Source: Rhizodiscina lignyota (lineage: Eukaryota). Taken from it: a DNA stretch of 64,000 nt. Positions within the stretch are counted from its first letter, which is position 1; every line of letters starts with the position of its first letter. The notes under the pieces are model-generated. The model was not told the DNA's origin and did no database searches. It saw nothing but the letters and a program-made list of their open reading frames with translations. Shown here piece by piece: positions 1 through 13,843 of this stretch. The position numbers and the translations under genes are program-made. The stretch is taken from assembly GCA_010015805.1 (NCBI GenBank), contig ML978121.1, positions 1,116,001 through 1,180,000 of the forward strand, read 5' to 3'.

Positions 1-1812
<1,812 letters not shown>

Positions 1813-2512
1813 TCATATGCTCCAGGCTGAAGTGTAGCACGATGATATTGTATTTGAATAGGTGGTCGCCAGAATGGAGAGGGCTATACCCGTTCGAGCT
1901 CAGCGGTCCGATGCGGTCACCTGACCGGCGTCGGAGAAGCATCCCAAATCTTTATCTTTGTTCAGCGGTCCACCTTCTTTATCACATATCTTTACTAGAA
2001 ACGGTTAGAACTTCCACATCTCTAGTGATAAACTCAATTCCATCCAGAGAACTTGCGGCTGAGAAATGACGTGAGTGGGCAGCTTTGCATTCTAGACTCG
2101 AGCAGGCGCTAAGGTGAAGCCTGGCGCAACAGCCTCAGATAGTACAAAAGAACCATTCCGAGGCCTCCGTATCTGAGACTGAGTGCGCAGGGCGACTCAG
2201 AGAGAGTAAAGTTCTGCGGCGAGGCCGCTTTGTTCAACAAGAGTTGCTGGTCCCGTAGGCTGGGAAGAGAGCATCCTTTACGTCCCAGATCCAAGATCTA
2301 TGATGATTGTGTGTAACTTGTAAGAACATACTCTCATCTGGTGCGATTTTAAACGTTAGTGCTGAGATTTAGCGTTATCACGATTGGGGCGGTGACAAGA
2401 AAGCTGTACTGAAGTCTTGAGGTTCTAGATTTTCGGGTTAACTAGTTTATCCGGGCCGAGTATCTTCACACTTGGAAGGCCAACCATGGAACGTTTCGCG
2501 ATCATCCGAAAA

Positions 2513-3140
2513 CTACACTATGGAGCATGAATTGAGGAGTCGAGGCTTCATATCAGACGTATCACTCAGCTTTTCCACGCTGTCTGTCTGTTGAATAGTA
2601 ATGCCCTCGAGCTCGATGTCGACGCCTGTGGGAAGTCCTTTGACAGCGACGCAGGTTCTGGTGGGTTTATGGACGAACCACTTCTCGTACTCGCCATTCA
2701 TCTCTGCGAAGTACTCCATGTCGGATAGAAAGACCTAATACCAAAGAGGTAAAACTCAGTAAAATCTTCACAGAAAGATCACAGATGTTTCAGAAATTAC
2801 ACCCACTCTGACCACGGTTGAAATCTCAGTTCCAGCGGCCTCCAAGATGACTCTGATGTTGTTGCAGCACTGCTCGGTTTTCTGTGCAATCGATCCAGAC
2901 ACCAACGCCCCAGTACTATCGGCGGGGATTTGACCGGAAACCCACCTGGTCAGCTGCTTTGATGGCCTGGTTGTATGGTCTGGCGGCTTCTCATGAAAGA
3001 CAGAGAAATCAGCTGGGTTCGAGAAGGGGATTGTCTCGCTTGCAAGGTCTCATGGCCGGCACCATTGATATGATGTGACTAAGTTGAGACCCACGCGGGC
3101 AAGCAGCTTCTGAGAGGACAGGAGTCAATCCAGACGACAT
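2513..3140 (-). pseudogene. RidA/YjgF/UK114 enamine-imine deaminase, apparently frameshifted
   Basis: Exon pieces are MSSGLTPVLSEAACP, PYNQAIKA, WVSGQIPADSTGALVSGSIAQKTEQCCNNIRVILEAAG and VFLSDMEYFAEMNGEYEKWFVHKPTRTCVAVKGLPTGVDIELE, all typical RidA motifs. PYNQAIKA and WVSGQIP lie in different frames at ~2941-2946. Confidence 0.75.
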
Positions 3141-3858
3141 TCGGAGGAATAGGGTCAGATCGATGATGCTACTACGCTGGATGAACTGTGGGCGGAGGCG
3201 AGATTCTGATATATCGTGATAAGAGTTGAGCGAAGACGACCGATTTGACGAGCTCTTGTCATTCAAAGAAAATGCAAGTAAACAGAAACTACTGGGGCTT
3301 AAGTATCTGTAGATATTCGATAATAATGATGGTCAAGTCCTCGCCAAGGCGTGGAAACTGCTCCTCCCGACGGACAAGTGCCAGCTTGTGCTTCCTTAAT
3401 TCGCCGATGGTAAGTCGGAAGTGATCCGGAGTTAACCAAGTCTATCATTACGCGGCTCAAGAGGAAAGGGCGACATATGCTTTCCTGGCTTAAAATCTAA
3501 AGAGTCCTCAACATCAAGGCGATTGTCAGCGATGCTGTGATAACGGCACGATTTCCAAGTTGGGAAGGTATCATGTGAACGGCTGCACGGAGATGTCAGC
3601 CGATCTCGTGATGATTTTTATCAGACGACACCTCATGTTTCAACAGCCGATCAACGGGCCAGCCACTGTGCTGTATCACTTCGCGATAAGCGCCAGCTTT
3701 TCTGTAAAAGGAAAAAAGAAAGAAGACGTCTCATTTTTCCGCCCTAGTGTTCGATGGCCCCCGGTGCCAAGAATATGAGGATAGAGCTCCTCTGAAATTT
3801 ATTATCTTAAAAGCCAAGTGCGAAAGGCGAATTCCCACGCGAGCCTTCTAAGTTCAAA

Positions 3859-5282
3859 ATGTCCTCGAGCAGACCATCATACATCATTGTCGGCGCCGGC
3901 GTCTTTGGGGTGTCCACGGCCTATCATCTCATCCAGAAATATCCGCACGCGTCGGTGACTCTGGTTGACCGCGATGCATTTGATGCAGACAGTCGCGTGG
4001 CGGCCTCGTGGGACTGGAATAAGGTGGTGCGTGCCGACTACGACGACATTGTATACTGCCAATTAGCACTAGAGGCGCAAGATATCTTCGAGTCCGATCC
4101 ACTTTGGAAGCCGTACTTCCATCAGACGGGGATCTACTGGCTCTGTCGAAGCGACTACGCGCAGGACGTCATTGACAATTACAAGAAACTCGGCCGGAAT
4201 GCGGATCTCTCTGCGGTCCCCATTGACGAGGCCCGTAAGATGTATGGCGGACTTTTCGAAGACGCTGACTATACTGACGTTAAGGAGGTACTTGTCAATA
4301 AGACCAGTGGTTGGGCCGCTGCTGGTGATTGTTTGCGGGCCGTGACTCGAAAAGCTATGGAACTAGGCGTCCGGTATGTGACCGCTGAAGTTGCAACATT
4401 GCAATTCGACGATGACGGGCATTGCTATGGAGTCAAGGCCGAAACTGGAGAGGTCTTGACAGCGTCGCATGTTGTCCTTTGCACTGGAGCATTCACCCCC
4501 AAACTGTTGGAATTGAGTGCTGCGCGGAGCGGTCTGACTGATCTCCGAGCTGGACCGAGAATCGTGGCCGGTGGCATCACCACAGGTATGACGAAACTTG
4601 ATGACAAGTCGTATGAGAGATTCGCTGCTATGCCTGTGGGCGTTCAAGGCTATACCGCAAAAACAGGTAGAGTGCGAGTTGGATGTGTTGTATTGCTCCA
4701 GGAGCTAATTGCAAAACAGGTCCTTTCATTGGTAGTCTTCCGCCTACCAAAGACAGAGAGCTTAAGTGGTGGGGTCAGACGATATTCAAAAACACTCAAG
4801 AAGCATTGCCTGGCCGCCACATTTCAATGCCACCTCCGGAACGGGACTACGCTCAGTGGAAGGTTTCTGGGAGACTCAAGGAGGACATCCAGCATGCAAA
4901 CAATGTATTTTACGGGAGGAAAGGTGCAAGCTGGAAGATGGAGAAGCATCGTATCTGCTGGTAGGCCACTACACTCCAATGACAGTTTACGGCTAACCAC
5001 CCTCTTTCAAGGGACGCTTTCACAACCAGCGGAGATTTCATTATCTCGCCGCATTCGGCCTCGAAGGGTCTATACGTTGCAACATGCGGCTCGTTCCATG
5101 GTTTCAAATTCTTCCCAGTGATCGGCAGGTATGTGCTACAGATGCTGGAGGGCTCGCTGTCTCCCAACTTGGCGACAAAGTGGGCGTGGGACCGAGAGCG
5201 GCCAGATCCATCGCTCTTCCCCGACTGGCCAAGGTTCGAAATGAAGGATCTGTCAGATCCAGTCAGGGCTTCGAAGCTATAA
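3859..5282 (+). CDS. FAD-dependent oxidase of the sarcosine oxidase / fructosyl-amino-acid oxidase / pipecolate oxidase family, with C-terminal SKL (PTS1)
   Basis: IIVGAGVFGVSTA dinucleotide-binding motif and AASWDWNKVVRADY. Introns at 4667-4719 and ~4961-5010. The spliced C-terminus RICWDAFT...GSFHGFKFFPVIG...KWAWDR...VRASKL* ends at TAA 5280-5282. Confidence 0.88.
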
Positions 5283-6107
5283 TAGAATAGTATTGCCAGT
5301 CCTCCTTAGATATACGGGGAGTTGTAGTTTCCTTTCTAATTTCTAATGGAGGAGGTGTAAGGGCATGTACAGGCTGAGCATTTCTCTTGCAAGATAGACC
5401 CGCTGATGACGCTTTTGCACCCTCTTGCCAGGAGTGAAAGGCTGAAAATATACGTTCCTTCAGGGCTTCTATCAATGCGGTGAAAGGAGGCCTCGGGCTG
5501 CGAAACGCTCGGAGTAGGAGCTGTGGTTTCCTGATTTCCTGTTAAGTGTAGCTGACAGCGCAGCCTTTGACGTCGAAATGCTACTCTTTTCAGAACTTCA
5601 AAGGGGTTAGCAGTGGCTCATTCCGTGCTGCCAGGCGTCAATGCCGGGCCCAGTGGCTTTCATCGTAGTCTCTGGTCACTGTCTCCGGCTCTATGACATT
5701 TCGAGGTAGACGTGCAATTGGGCCAGACCGCGGGGAATACCTGTGCTCGTGTATGCCCGGCTGCAACTTGCACCTCTGAGCTCTATCGGGGATCGGGGTA
5801 TATTCCGTCTTCGCCTCGGCCCTATCGGTTCCGTTGTGGCTTATCTGCATTCTGTAAGGAGAAGTCGGCTTCATGGTCACCGCCTCCGTAAACTGAAAAA
5901 GGCGCCGGAACCCCCAGTTAATGCTGGACCCCGGTGTAAGCATTGTTCGAGGCAAGCCAGCATAATTCTGTTTTCCATGTATATCTAAGAGGCGTGCGCC
6001 TGGAGACTGCATTGTTTGTGCTCGCTGCAATAACGTGCCGCCCTTTCACCAGAAGTATTCAGCAGCCGTATTCGTTTGGCGTTGATTTACAGTGAGAAGC
6101 CTGGAAA

Positions 6108-7273
6108 ATGGACGAGGGCTTCTCGAAGCCCTGGGTGACGACTCCGCTGATCGAGAGCCGGGCTCTTTCTGAAGCGGCAAAATGGTACGTCTCCCTCCCA
6201 GAATTCGCCATTCCCCACCTCAAATGTCCTGCTTTTTTGGTACCTCGCTCTTGTGACCCCCAATAATTGACATGATTCTAAATCGTTGAAGCCGAGTCTT
6301 CCTGAAGCTTGACAATCTGCAGCCCTCTGGATCCTTCAAGTCCCGGGGAATTGGAAACTACATCCTGCGTCGAGTTGCCGAACGTCGGGGATCTTCTGAA
6401 ATCCATTTTTATGCTGCATCAGGAGGCAATGCAGGTATTGCGTGCATACATGCGGCCAAATTACTAGGCTATCCTGCGACGGTGGTGATTCCGACCTGTG
6501 CAAAGCCCACGATGGTCTCAAAGTTGTGGGCTATGGGAGCCACGGCAGTCATTCAACATGGCGCTAGCATCGCGGACGCTCAGGAACACATCCAAATGAC
6601 CCTGTTGCCACAAGACCCCAATGGAGTTTTCGTGCCGCCGTTCGACCACCCCGACATTTGGGAGGGCAACGCGACGACTATGAGAGAGACCGCAGAGCAA
6701 CTTGGAGGGAAGCCCGACGTGGTTGTCTGCAGTGTCGGGGGTGGAGGCCTGTTGAATGGAATCATGCAAGTGATTGACGAAAATAACTGGAGCGACAGTG
6801 TCGAGGTTCTGGCGATGGAAACGAAGGGTGCTGACTCGTTGAATCAATCTCTTTGGGCAGGTCAGCTGGTCACGCTCCCCAAGATTACATCTCAGGCCAC
6901 AAGTCTGGGGGTCGTGAAGGTCTCACAGAAGACCTTTGACTATGCCCAACGCCCAAATGTTACGAGCATCGTCCTCTCAGATGCAGAAGCCGCACGGGGG
7001 TGTTGTTTGTTGGCGGAACACGAAAGGATGATTGTCGAGCTCACCGTTGGCGTCAATGTGCCAGTCTGTTACGGGGGCTTCTTACAGAGTATCTTGAGGT
7101 CGAGAAAGACCATCGACAGATCCAGCAAAGTGGTCATAGTCGTTTGTGGCGGAAACGACATCAGCGTCGAGATGCTCAGTGCGTGGCACAGGACGCTTTG
7201 GGGCAAGGAGGACATACAGGAAAATATAGAAATCGCAGCATTGAGACCGGTACCGACTAAAGTAGCGGCTTAA
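6108..7273 (+). CDS. PLP-dependent L-serine/threonine dehydratase
   Basis: Exon 1 MDEGFSKPWVTTPLIESRALSEAAK, one intron (~6186-6291), then RVFLKLDNLQPSGSFKSRGIG (PLP lysine), SGGNAG, PPFDHPDIWEG, CSVGGGGLLNG and VCGG. Confidence 0.92.
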
Positions 7274-8815
7274 AGTAGCCGTTACCAAAGTGGTGCAGAA
7301 TTGGCCAGGGGCTCCTTTGATTTTTTGTTTGCGATTTAGTCCCATATTACGCGCGTAAAACAGCGTTGAGGTCACGTGCAGACGGAACTATTCCGATTTT
7401 ATATTATTTACGTCCAAACCATCCCTTTCCTGATCGTTCATAAGATTATTGGTCAGATCAAGCTCGAGCCAACCAGTGAAAATATTATTCAGTTGCAACG
7501 GAGTGCCTCCGAACTCGAAAAGCGCTGTAATATTTCAGAGTTTATAATGACCACCATTTACAATCGAGAAGATTAACATAATCAATCCAACCCATAACGA
7601 TCCTCTTTCACAGGAGCAATACATTACTCCTTGATATGATTCATATGGCTCATTTTATGGAAATAATTCAACCGCTCCCTGGCGTCTCTCTTCAAAGCGG
7701 CGATCACAAGCACCACTCTGCCAACCTTGGGGAAACCCCCAATTCCAAGACCCGTCCAACCCCATTCCCTTAAGATTGATGAGCCCCAAATGCAATCAAG
7801 CGTCCGTAAAGTAGTCATACCAGGGGGTTTTACAAACCCCAATATCCCCAGTTTTCATGTACCGCAGCACTAATGCTAGTAGTATGCTTATGCTCATCAA
7901 CGTGGAAGGGTTGTCTCAACTTAGAATGCTTTCCCTCGCGATTATTGCTTTCGTTATCGTATGGTCGGAAGCTCCGGAGCTGATCTAGGTCCTGCATGCG
8001 GTGCCAGTGATATAATCGGTCGACTGTCATTGGGTATTCCCTGATTTGCCCCGGCTGCACACAATCAACAAGGCATGGCCATCTCTCTATGGGGAAAGCC
8101 GGCGTAGGGAGCGCCGTGTCCAGGAGAACGGTGCCGCCGGGCACGGTTCCGTCAGCCATCAACGTGCCGGTCACCTGGTCGGCACCAACGCCTGTGACAG
8201 CTCCAGCGGATACTGTCTCCATACCAATCAGGCGCCTTAATGTAACGCCACAGGGAGGCCCGTTACCAATCCGCAACCACCAATGGTATCAAGCTCAGCG
8301 TTCGGATCGACGTTAAGGTCCTGCAAGACAAGCATAATATCTGTCAGATGAGGGAATGAGTTCGTTCCTTGAGACTACATAGAAGGGAGTTCTCGGCTAT
8401 ATATACATAAGAGAGCTCGGAGCACGAGCCTTGCCGGCTGCCGGCATCAGAAGTGACTGACCACCGATTGATGTTTAATAATACCTCTCTATCTCTCTTC
8501 TAGCATAACCAAAGCATGAAGATGTCGTCCCCGCCATTGTCGGGGCGTCTGCTGTGAGAAGGCATGGTAGAAGTACAACTGGAGCTTACGGTCCCTCTCA
8601 CATGAAGAGTGGCGCCGTGTTCGTACATTTGATATCTGAACCAGTGATTTGGCCTTCGAAGTTAACATAGACCTTAAGAATCCATTTGCTGCGGATAGCG
8701 CTCGGTGTGCGGTAAAAGAGCTTCGAAGACGAACGGAAGGCGCAAAAGATCCGAGAGCTGGAGCCGGCTGTTTGAATTGAGGGCCAAGCTGCAACACCAA
8801 CAACGGACAGTAGTC

Positions 8816-11154
8816 TCATAAATTTCCGAAGTCCCACCAAGTCGAGCCCCCAATATCACCAACGGTAGCCTCTGAATCTTGATAACTCATCCCGCCCATA
8901 TCAAATTGAGAAGGATCCGCCCATAGCCAAGGAGTATTCAACATGAGGCTGTCGGTTGGTGCAACCAATACGTCCGGAAGAGGGATGGTTCCAGAAGCAT
9001 CTGGTGCTGATGCAACAGTAGTCCTATATGATGACGTAGGCACGGCCTGTCCTCCATCAGCGGTGTTTACTGTAACTTCTGGTGATGTCGCCACTATAAT
9101 CTCAAGGGTGTGGTTTTCTTCTTTGTCTTTACGAGTGACTGGGGGAACGAGCGAGGGATGAAGCAAGCCGCCAGTTGGCATATCTCGTGGCTCTGATTTG
9201 CAATTGAACTGTAAGATGTCCCACATCAAAGGGATACTAAGATGGATCTTGGATGGTACCCAGTCCTCAATGTCCGTGCTTTGTGATCCAGAGGCAATTC
9301 GCGTCATCTTGTCGAGTGTTTGGCCCTAAAAGCTGTCAGCTCTCGCTTCTCATCTTCCGGAGTGACGTACCAAATCTTCGCAGGCATGGGAAAAGGAGGC
9401 AAAGCTCTTCAGAAACTTTCTGCATTTTGCAAAGTCGATGTTCGATTTATACTTCAATCTGGGGTCGGTGGCGCAACAATAGTAGACGTGCACCGTAGCT
9501 GCGATCGCGGCAACGTGCCCAAAGAAGGGATCAATGAGTCGTACTTGCTTGTCTGAAGCCATATCTATTAGGCGAACAATCCAAGTAGCGTGTAGCAAAA
9601 CTAGCTCTGAAGACTTCCTCCAGAAGGTATTCGGGATTCCGAGATTCTGATTGTGCTGAGCCGCCACGATGTAGAGAAATGGGTGATTCAATACGGAATG
9701 GATTGCATGGTACGTGAACTGCGACTTCAACCAAGGGATCCAGTAGGCTCGGTTCATCTTCAACTCTTCCGCTTTGCGCTCGTAGAACTTTACTGAGTCA
9801 TATCGGTGGGAGATGGGAATCATGTTCTCTGTGTCCAGGAGGTCGGAGAGCACCGTTGCATACATAGAGTCATGCCGCCAGGGCTCTTTCAGTTGGTTGC
9901 GAGCACAATTGGACACGTATGTTCTTGCTCTGCTCCAGACCCATCCTAGCGGGACTGTGGCACTCCAGATCCCTGGATCGGTAGATGTAGATCCTATATT
10001 GTCTAAGGGCAACGGTGGAGGCCTTGACTCGAGATCCTTCTGTCCCCCGTCATTACAGAGGTGAGAAGGACGCCAGACCTCGGTTGAGATGCTTAGAAGG
10101 CCAGTTTGTTGCCCGTAAGATTGTTCCAGTATTTGCAGGCTCCAGAAAAGTCTTTTCTTCCGCTCAGTAGTCGGACTTTGCAAGACATACGTAGATTCGA
10201 GATCAAGCTTAGCAGATCGGCAAAGTTGAAAAGCTAAACCTAGATGAAATCGGCCAAGATGCATATCGGCATCTGTTGTCTCTGTCAGCTTCAAGATATA
10301 ATTGAGGCCAGAATCAGATCGTCAATACCTATGAAAAAAGAGAATGACAGCAGACACAGGCTTTCGATAGTTGTAAGCTCCACGGTGCCGTTTGCCACGT
10401 GAAGCATAATTAGACTTCTTGCCTTGTCGCCATAGTCCTGCAACTGGTCACGTTCTCGCCAGAAACGCGACGTCAATGCAAGAATACTGCAGACAAGATC
10501 GTCTGCAAGACGATCATGGTCCTCGACTTCTTCGCGGTTGAAACACCAGATTGGTTGTCTGTGGCAGTACTCAAAGTAGAGCTCTATCGCTCTAGCGATA
10601 ACTGATGAGGAAGGCCGAAGACTGCCGTGCTTAGAGCGAAATCCGAGAGAAAAGGGCCGGGTTGCGGAGTAGTTCGGCTCAGGAGGAGTTGCTGGGTACG
10701 ACCTTGGCGAGATATCATTATTCTGTCCCAGCGGCTGTTCTTGACGGGATGCGTGGCTCGGTCTAGGAGTCCGGTCAGAAGTTCTTGACGCAGCCTGCGG
10801 CAGGGTCGTCTGTACCCGGTCCCACTCAAGATGAGATCTAACTTCTCCTCCAGGTGCGCCAGTCTGTCCTCCTATAGATAGTCAACGTCTCTATGATCAC
10901 TAAAAGACGCGTCGTGTTACATACAGATCGCTCGCCTGGTGGCGCTCTAGCCACGGACGCATAAGAACACGCCTGGTTGAGGCGTACACAGCTTGAACAG
11001 GCTGGCTTCTCACCAGGACAACGGGTCTTCTTCCTCCTGTATGATACAAGGTCAACATACAAGATGTAAGGGAGGCACTGGAAAAAGCAAACCGGCAGTT
11101 AAGGCACGCATGATGCGATCGTAGTCTCCCCCGAGGGCCTTCAAGCGTTGTCAT
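8816..11154 (-). CDS. Zn(II)2Cys6 transcription factor with a fungal-specific TF domain (multi-exon)
   Basis: Spliced N-terminus ACLNCR|RKKTRCPGEKPACSSCVRLNQACSY, a downstream ERKKRLFWSLQILE middle-homology motif, and an acidic/aromatic C-terminus. Internal exon boundaries are not fully resolved. Confidence 0.88.
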
Positions 11155-12556
11155 CGCCGAAGAGAAGCGGGCAAATATGATATTCCCTAAAAGCGTAGAC
11201 GGAGCCTAAGGGTTCTGTATTGTGTCTCGCCAGTACTGTAAGTTATTCGCATAGATTAGCATAGAGACATCGATTGAACATGATGAAGTCGAGACAGAAG
11301 ACGTCACGCAAGAAAGTCGAAGCGCAAGGTGGCGCCCGGGCACATGCCACAGAGAGCTACACAGATTTATCGTGTGTTCGGGCCCCCGCAACACGCAAGC
11401 CCCAACAACTTCGCAACAAATTGGGTATAGTTATCCCGCCTTCCCCCATTCTCTTATCAGTCCCCCTTTTTCATACCCTACGCGACGAGTGACGAGGAGT
11501 GAGGTCACTATGAATGGCCGTGCGACCAAGCTAGCGATCGAGTGAGCGATGTCGATGGGTCCGCAGCGGGAGACCCGCTCGTGCGGTGTGCAGTCGAGGC
11601 TGCAACGCCGCTACTCCTTCCACATGTTCTTCTGGATAATGACTGCTAGTAGCTCAACGTTCGTCTGTCCCTGCGCGAGATGATACCATATCATCTATAC
11701 CCAGATTCGCACTTTCGGATCGCAGCAAGCCTGACCTCGAGCGGACACGTAGCCAGCTTCGGATCTGGTTACGCAAGCAAAGCACATCGCGTACTCCGTA
11801 ACAGGACGCAAATCGACCATCCGTCACGTCCGTTGTAGTTGCACTGCTAATGGCGGCGTTCCCTTTGGCCCTTCTTTGGTTTCTTGCACTTCAGCAATAT
11901 TCGACGGAGGCGACGCTGATCTTGGCTCCGATCTCTCTCTGCGAGCCCTCCACCAACAAATATTACTGATGAGAACAGCAGATGACCCCAGAACAAAGGT
12001 TTTGGCAAGAGTCTTCCTTTTTATATTTTATCTACGTCCGCATCCTTGTTGCTCTCTTTGATAATAGGACGTGTAAGGCCTCGGAGAGCGGTTCCTGCTA
12101 ATGCTAATCCCACTTCTCTCCTTGGCCCCGTCTAGACGTCTATTGAACCAACCTTTTTCAGAGGCAGGGCAAAATCTCACCACCTCTCATTAGCTAGTTG
12201 GAGTTAATCGAGTTTTGTCTAGAACAATTCTATCAATAGGTGTCATACCGTCTCTACCGCTAACTGATCGGAGTCGGCTGGCGTAATCCTACGGAGAAGG
12301 CTGTTTAGTCGGCTCGAAGGGTGCACTTGCCGATCACATGACCGGTATATGATAACACTCCACGATGCAAATGGCGGCCTATTCTGTCAAAGGTATCCGG
12401 CTGAAGAGATAGCACTAGGATAGTCCAGGCCCTATATGAAGTTGCTGATGATGGCGTGTTCAAGAGATAAGCTTATCCGAATTCAAGTATACTCACTCCC
12501 GCAAGTCTCAGCGAGTTCCTTTGATATATGTTTGTTTGAACTTGTTGACCTCTGTC

Positions 12557-13843
12557 ATGGCGTTCTTGAAAAGCTACCTGGGCTTTGGACGAGCCTCGAT
12601 TCCGGATGACAAAACCCCCGTCAGAGCTTTGCCAGCCTCCTGGTACACCTCACAGGAGATTTACGATCTTGAAAGACGAGCGATTTTCTCGAGAAAGTGG
12701 ATGCTAATCACGCACAAGTCGAGGTTGCCCGAGTCAGGAGACTGGCTACGCTACGATGCTGCTGGTTTCGAGTTCATTCTCTGTCGGGATCGCGACGGAA
12801 ACATTAATGGATTCCACAACATCTGCAGACACCGTGCGTTTCCAATTGTGACCGAGGAAAAGGGGCACAACAGCATCTTTTCTTGCAAATACCACGGCTG
12901 GTCGTACGGCATCAACGGAAAGCTCGCCAAGGCACCGGGATATCAAGAGCTGGAAGGTTTTGAGAAAGCCAAAAATGGCCTTCTACCAATCCATGTTCAC
13001 ATAGACAGAAATGGATTCATTTGGGTCAACTTAGACGGCGGCGCGAAACCGGAAATAGCCTGGGACGAAGATTTCGGTGGTATCGATACGCAGGCTCGGC
13101 TCGACGACTACCAATTCGATGACTACCAATTTGACCACGCCTGGGAGATGGAGGGGGAATACAACTGGAAAATTCTAGCTGACAATTACAACGAGTGCTA
13201 TCATTGCCAGTGTGCACACCCTGATATTCCCACCCTCGCAGACCTCAACGCCTACAAGGTCGAGACAAAGGACAGCCACATCTCACATTTCACCAATCCT
13301 ACACCGGAACAGGTCGAACGTGGTTTCAATGTTGCCCCTACCTACTTTTTCCCTAATGCCTCGATGAACGTCTCGTAAGTGTCTCATTCCGGCCTCACGT
13401 GAGAGGTTGCTAACCCTTTTAAAAGGCCGAATTTTTTCTTCATCCAAAGATTTGTGCCCAGCGCTCCCACTAAGTCAACAATGAAGTACGAAGTCTACAG
13501 GAACAAGAACGCCAGCGACGCAGACTTTGAAGTGATCAGCGCCATGTACAAGAGAATAATGTCAGAGGACAAGTACCTCTGCGTCAATGTACAGAAGAAC
13601 CTCAATGCTGGAGTTTTTGTCAACGGCGAAATGCATCCGAGGATGGAAAAGGGCCCTCTATTCTTCCAGAAAAGGGTGCGCGAAGTACTCCACGCCCATC
13701 ACACGCGAGAAGTGGAGGCAAATCGCGAGATATGGCCTGCTCGACAAAATCTACCGCAGACTGCCTCGATCAGCGAGAAAGACGTTGAGTTTTGTTCGGC
13801 TCTGGATTGCTCCAAAGGACAGGAGGGAGTGCTTGCTTGGTAG
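12557..13843 (+). CDS. Rieske [2Fe-2S] non-heme iron oxygenase alpha subunit (choline monooxygenase / betaine demethylase-like)
   Basis: Rieske ligands in NICRHR...CKYHGW, the mononuclear-iron motif NWKILADNYNECYHC..AHP and a C-terminal SEDK. One intron at ~13376-13425. Confidence 0.92.

Noticed and set aside
7600..8480. ORFs between the dehydratase and the transcription factor
   Set aside because: Non-ATG starts and no homology that I can recognise.
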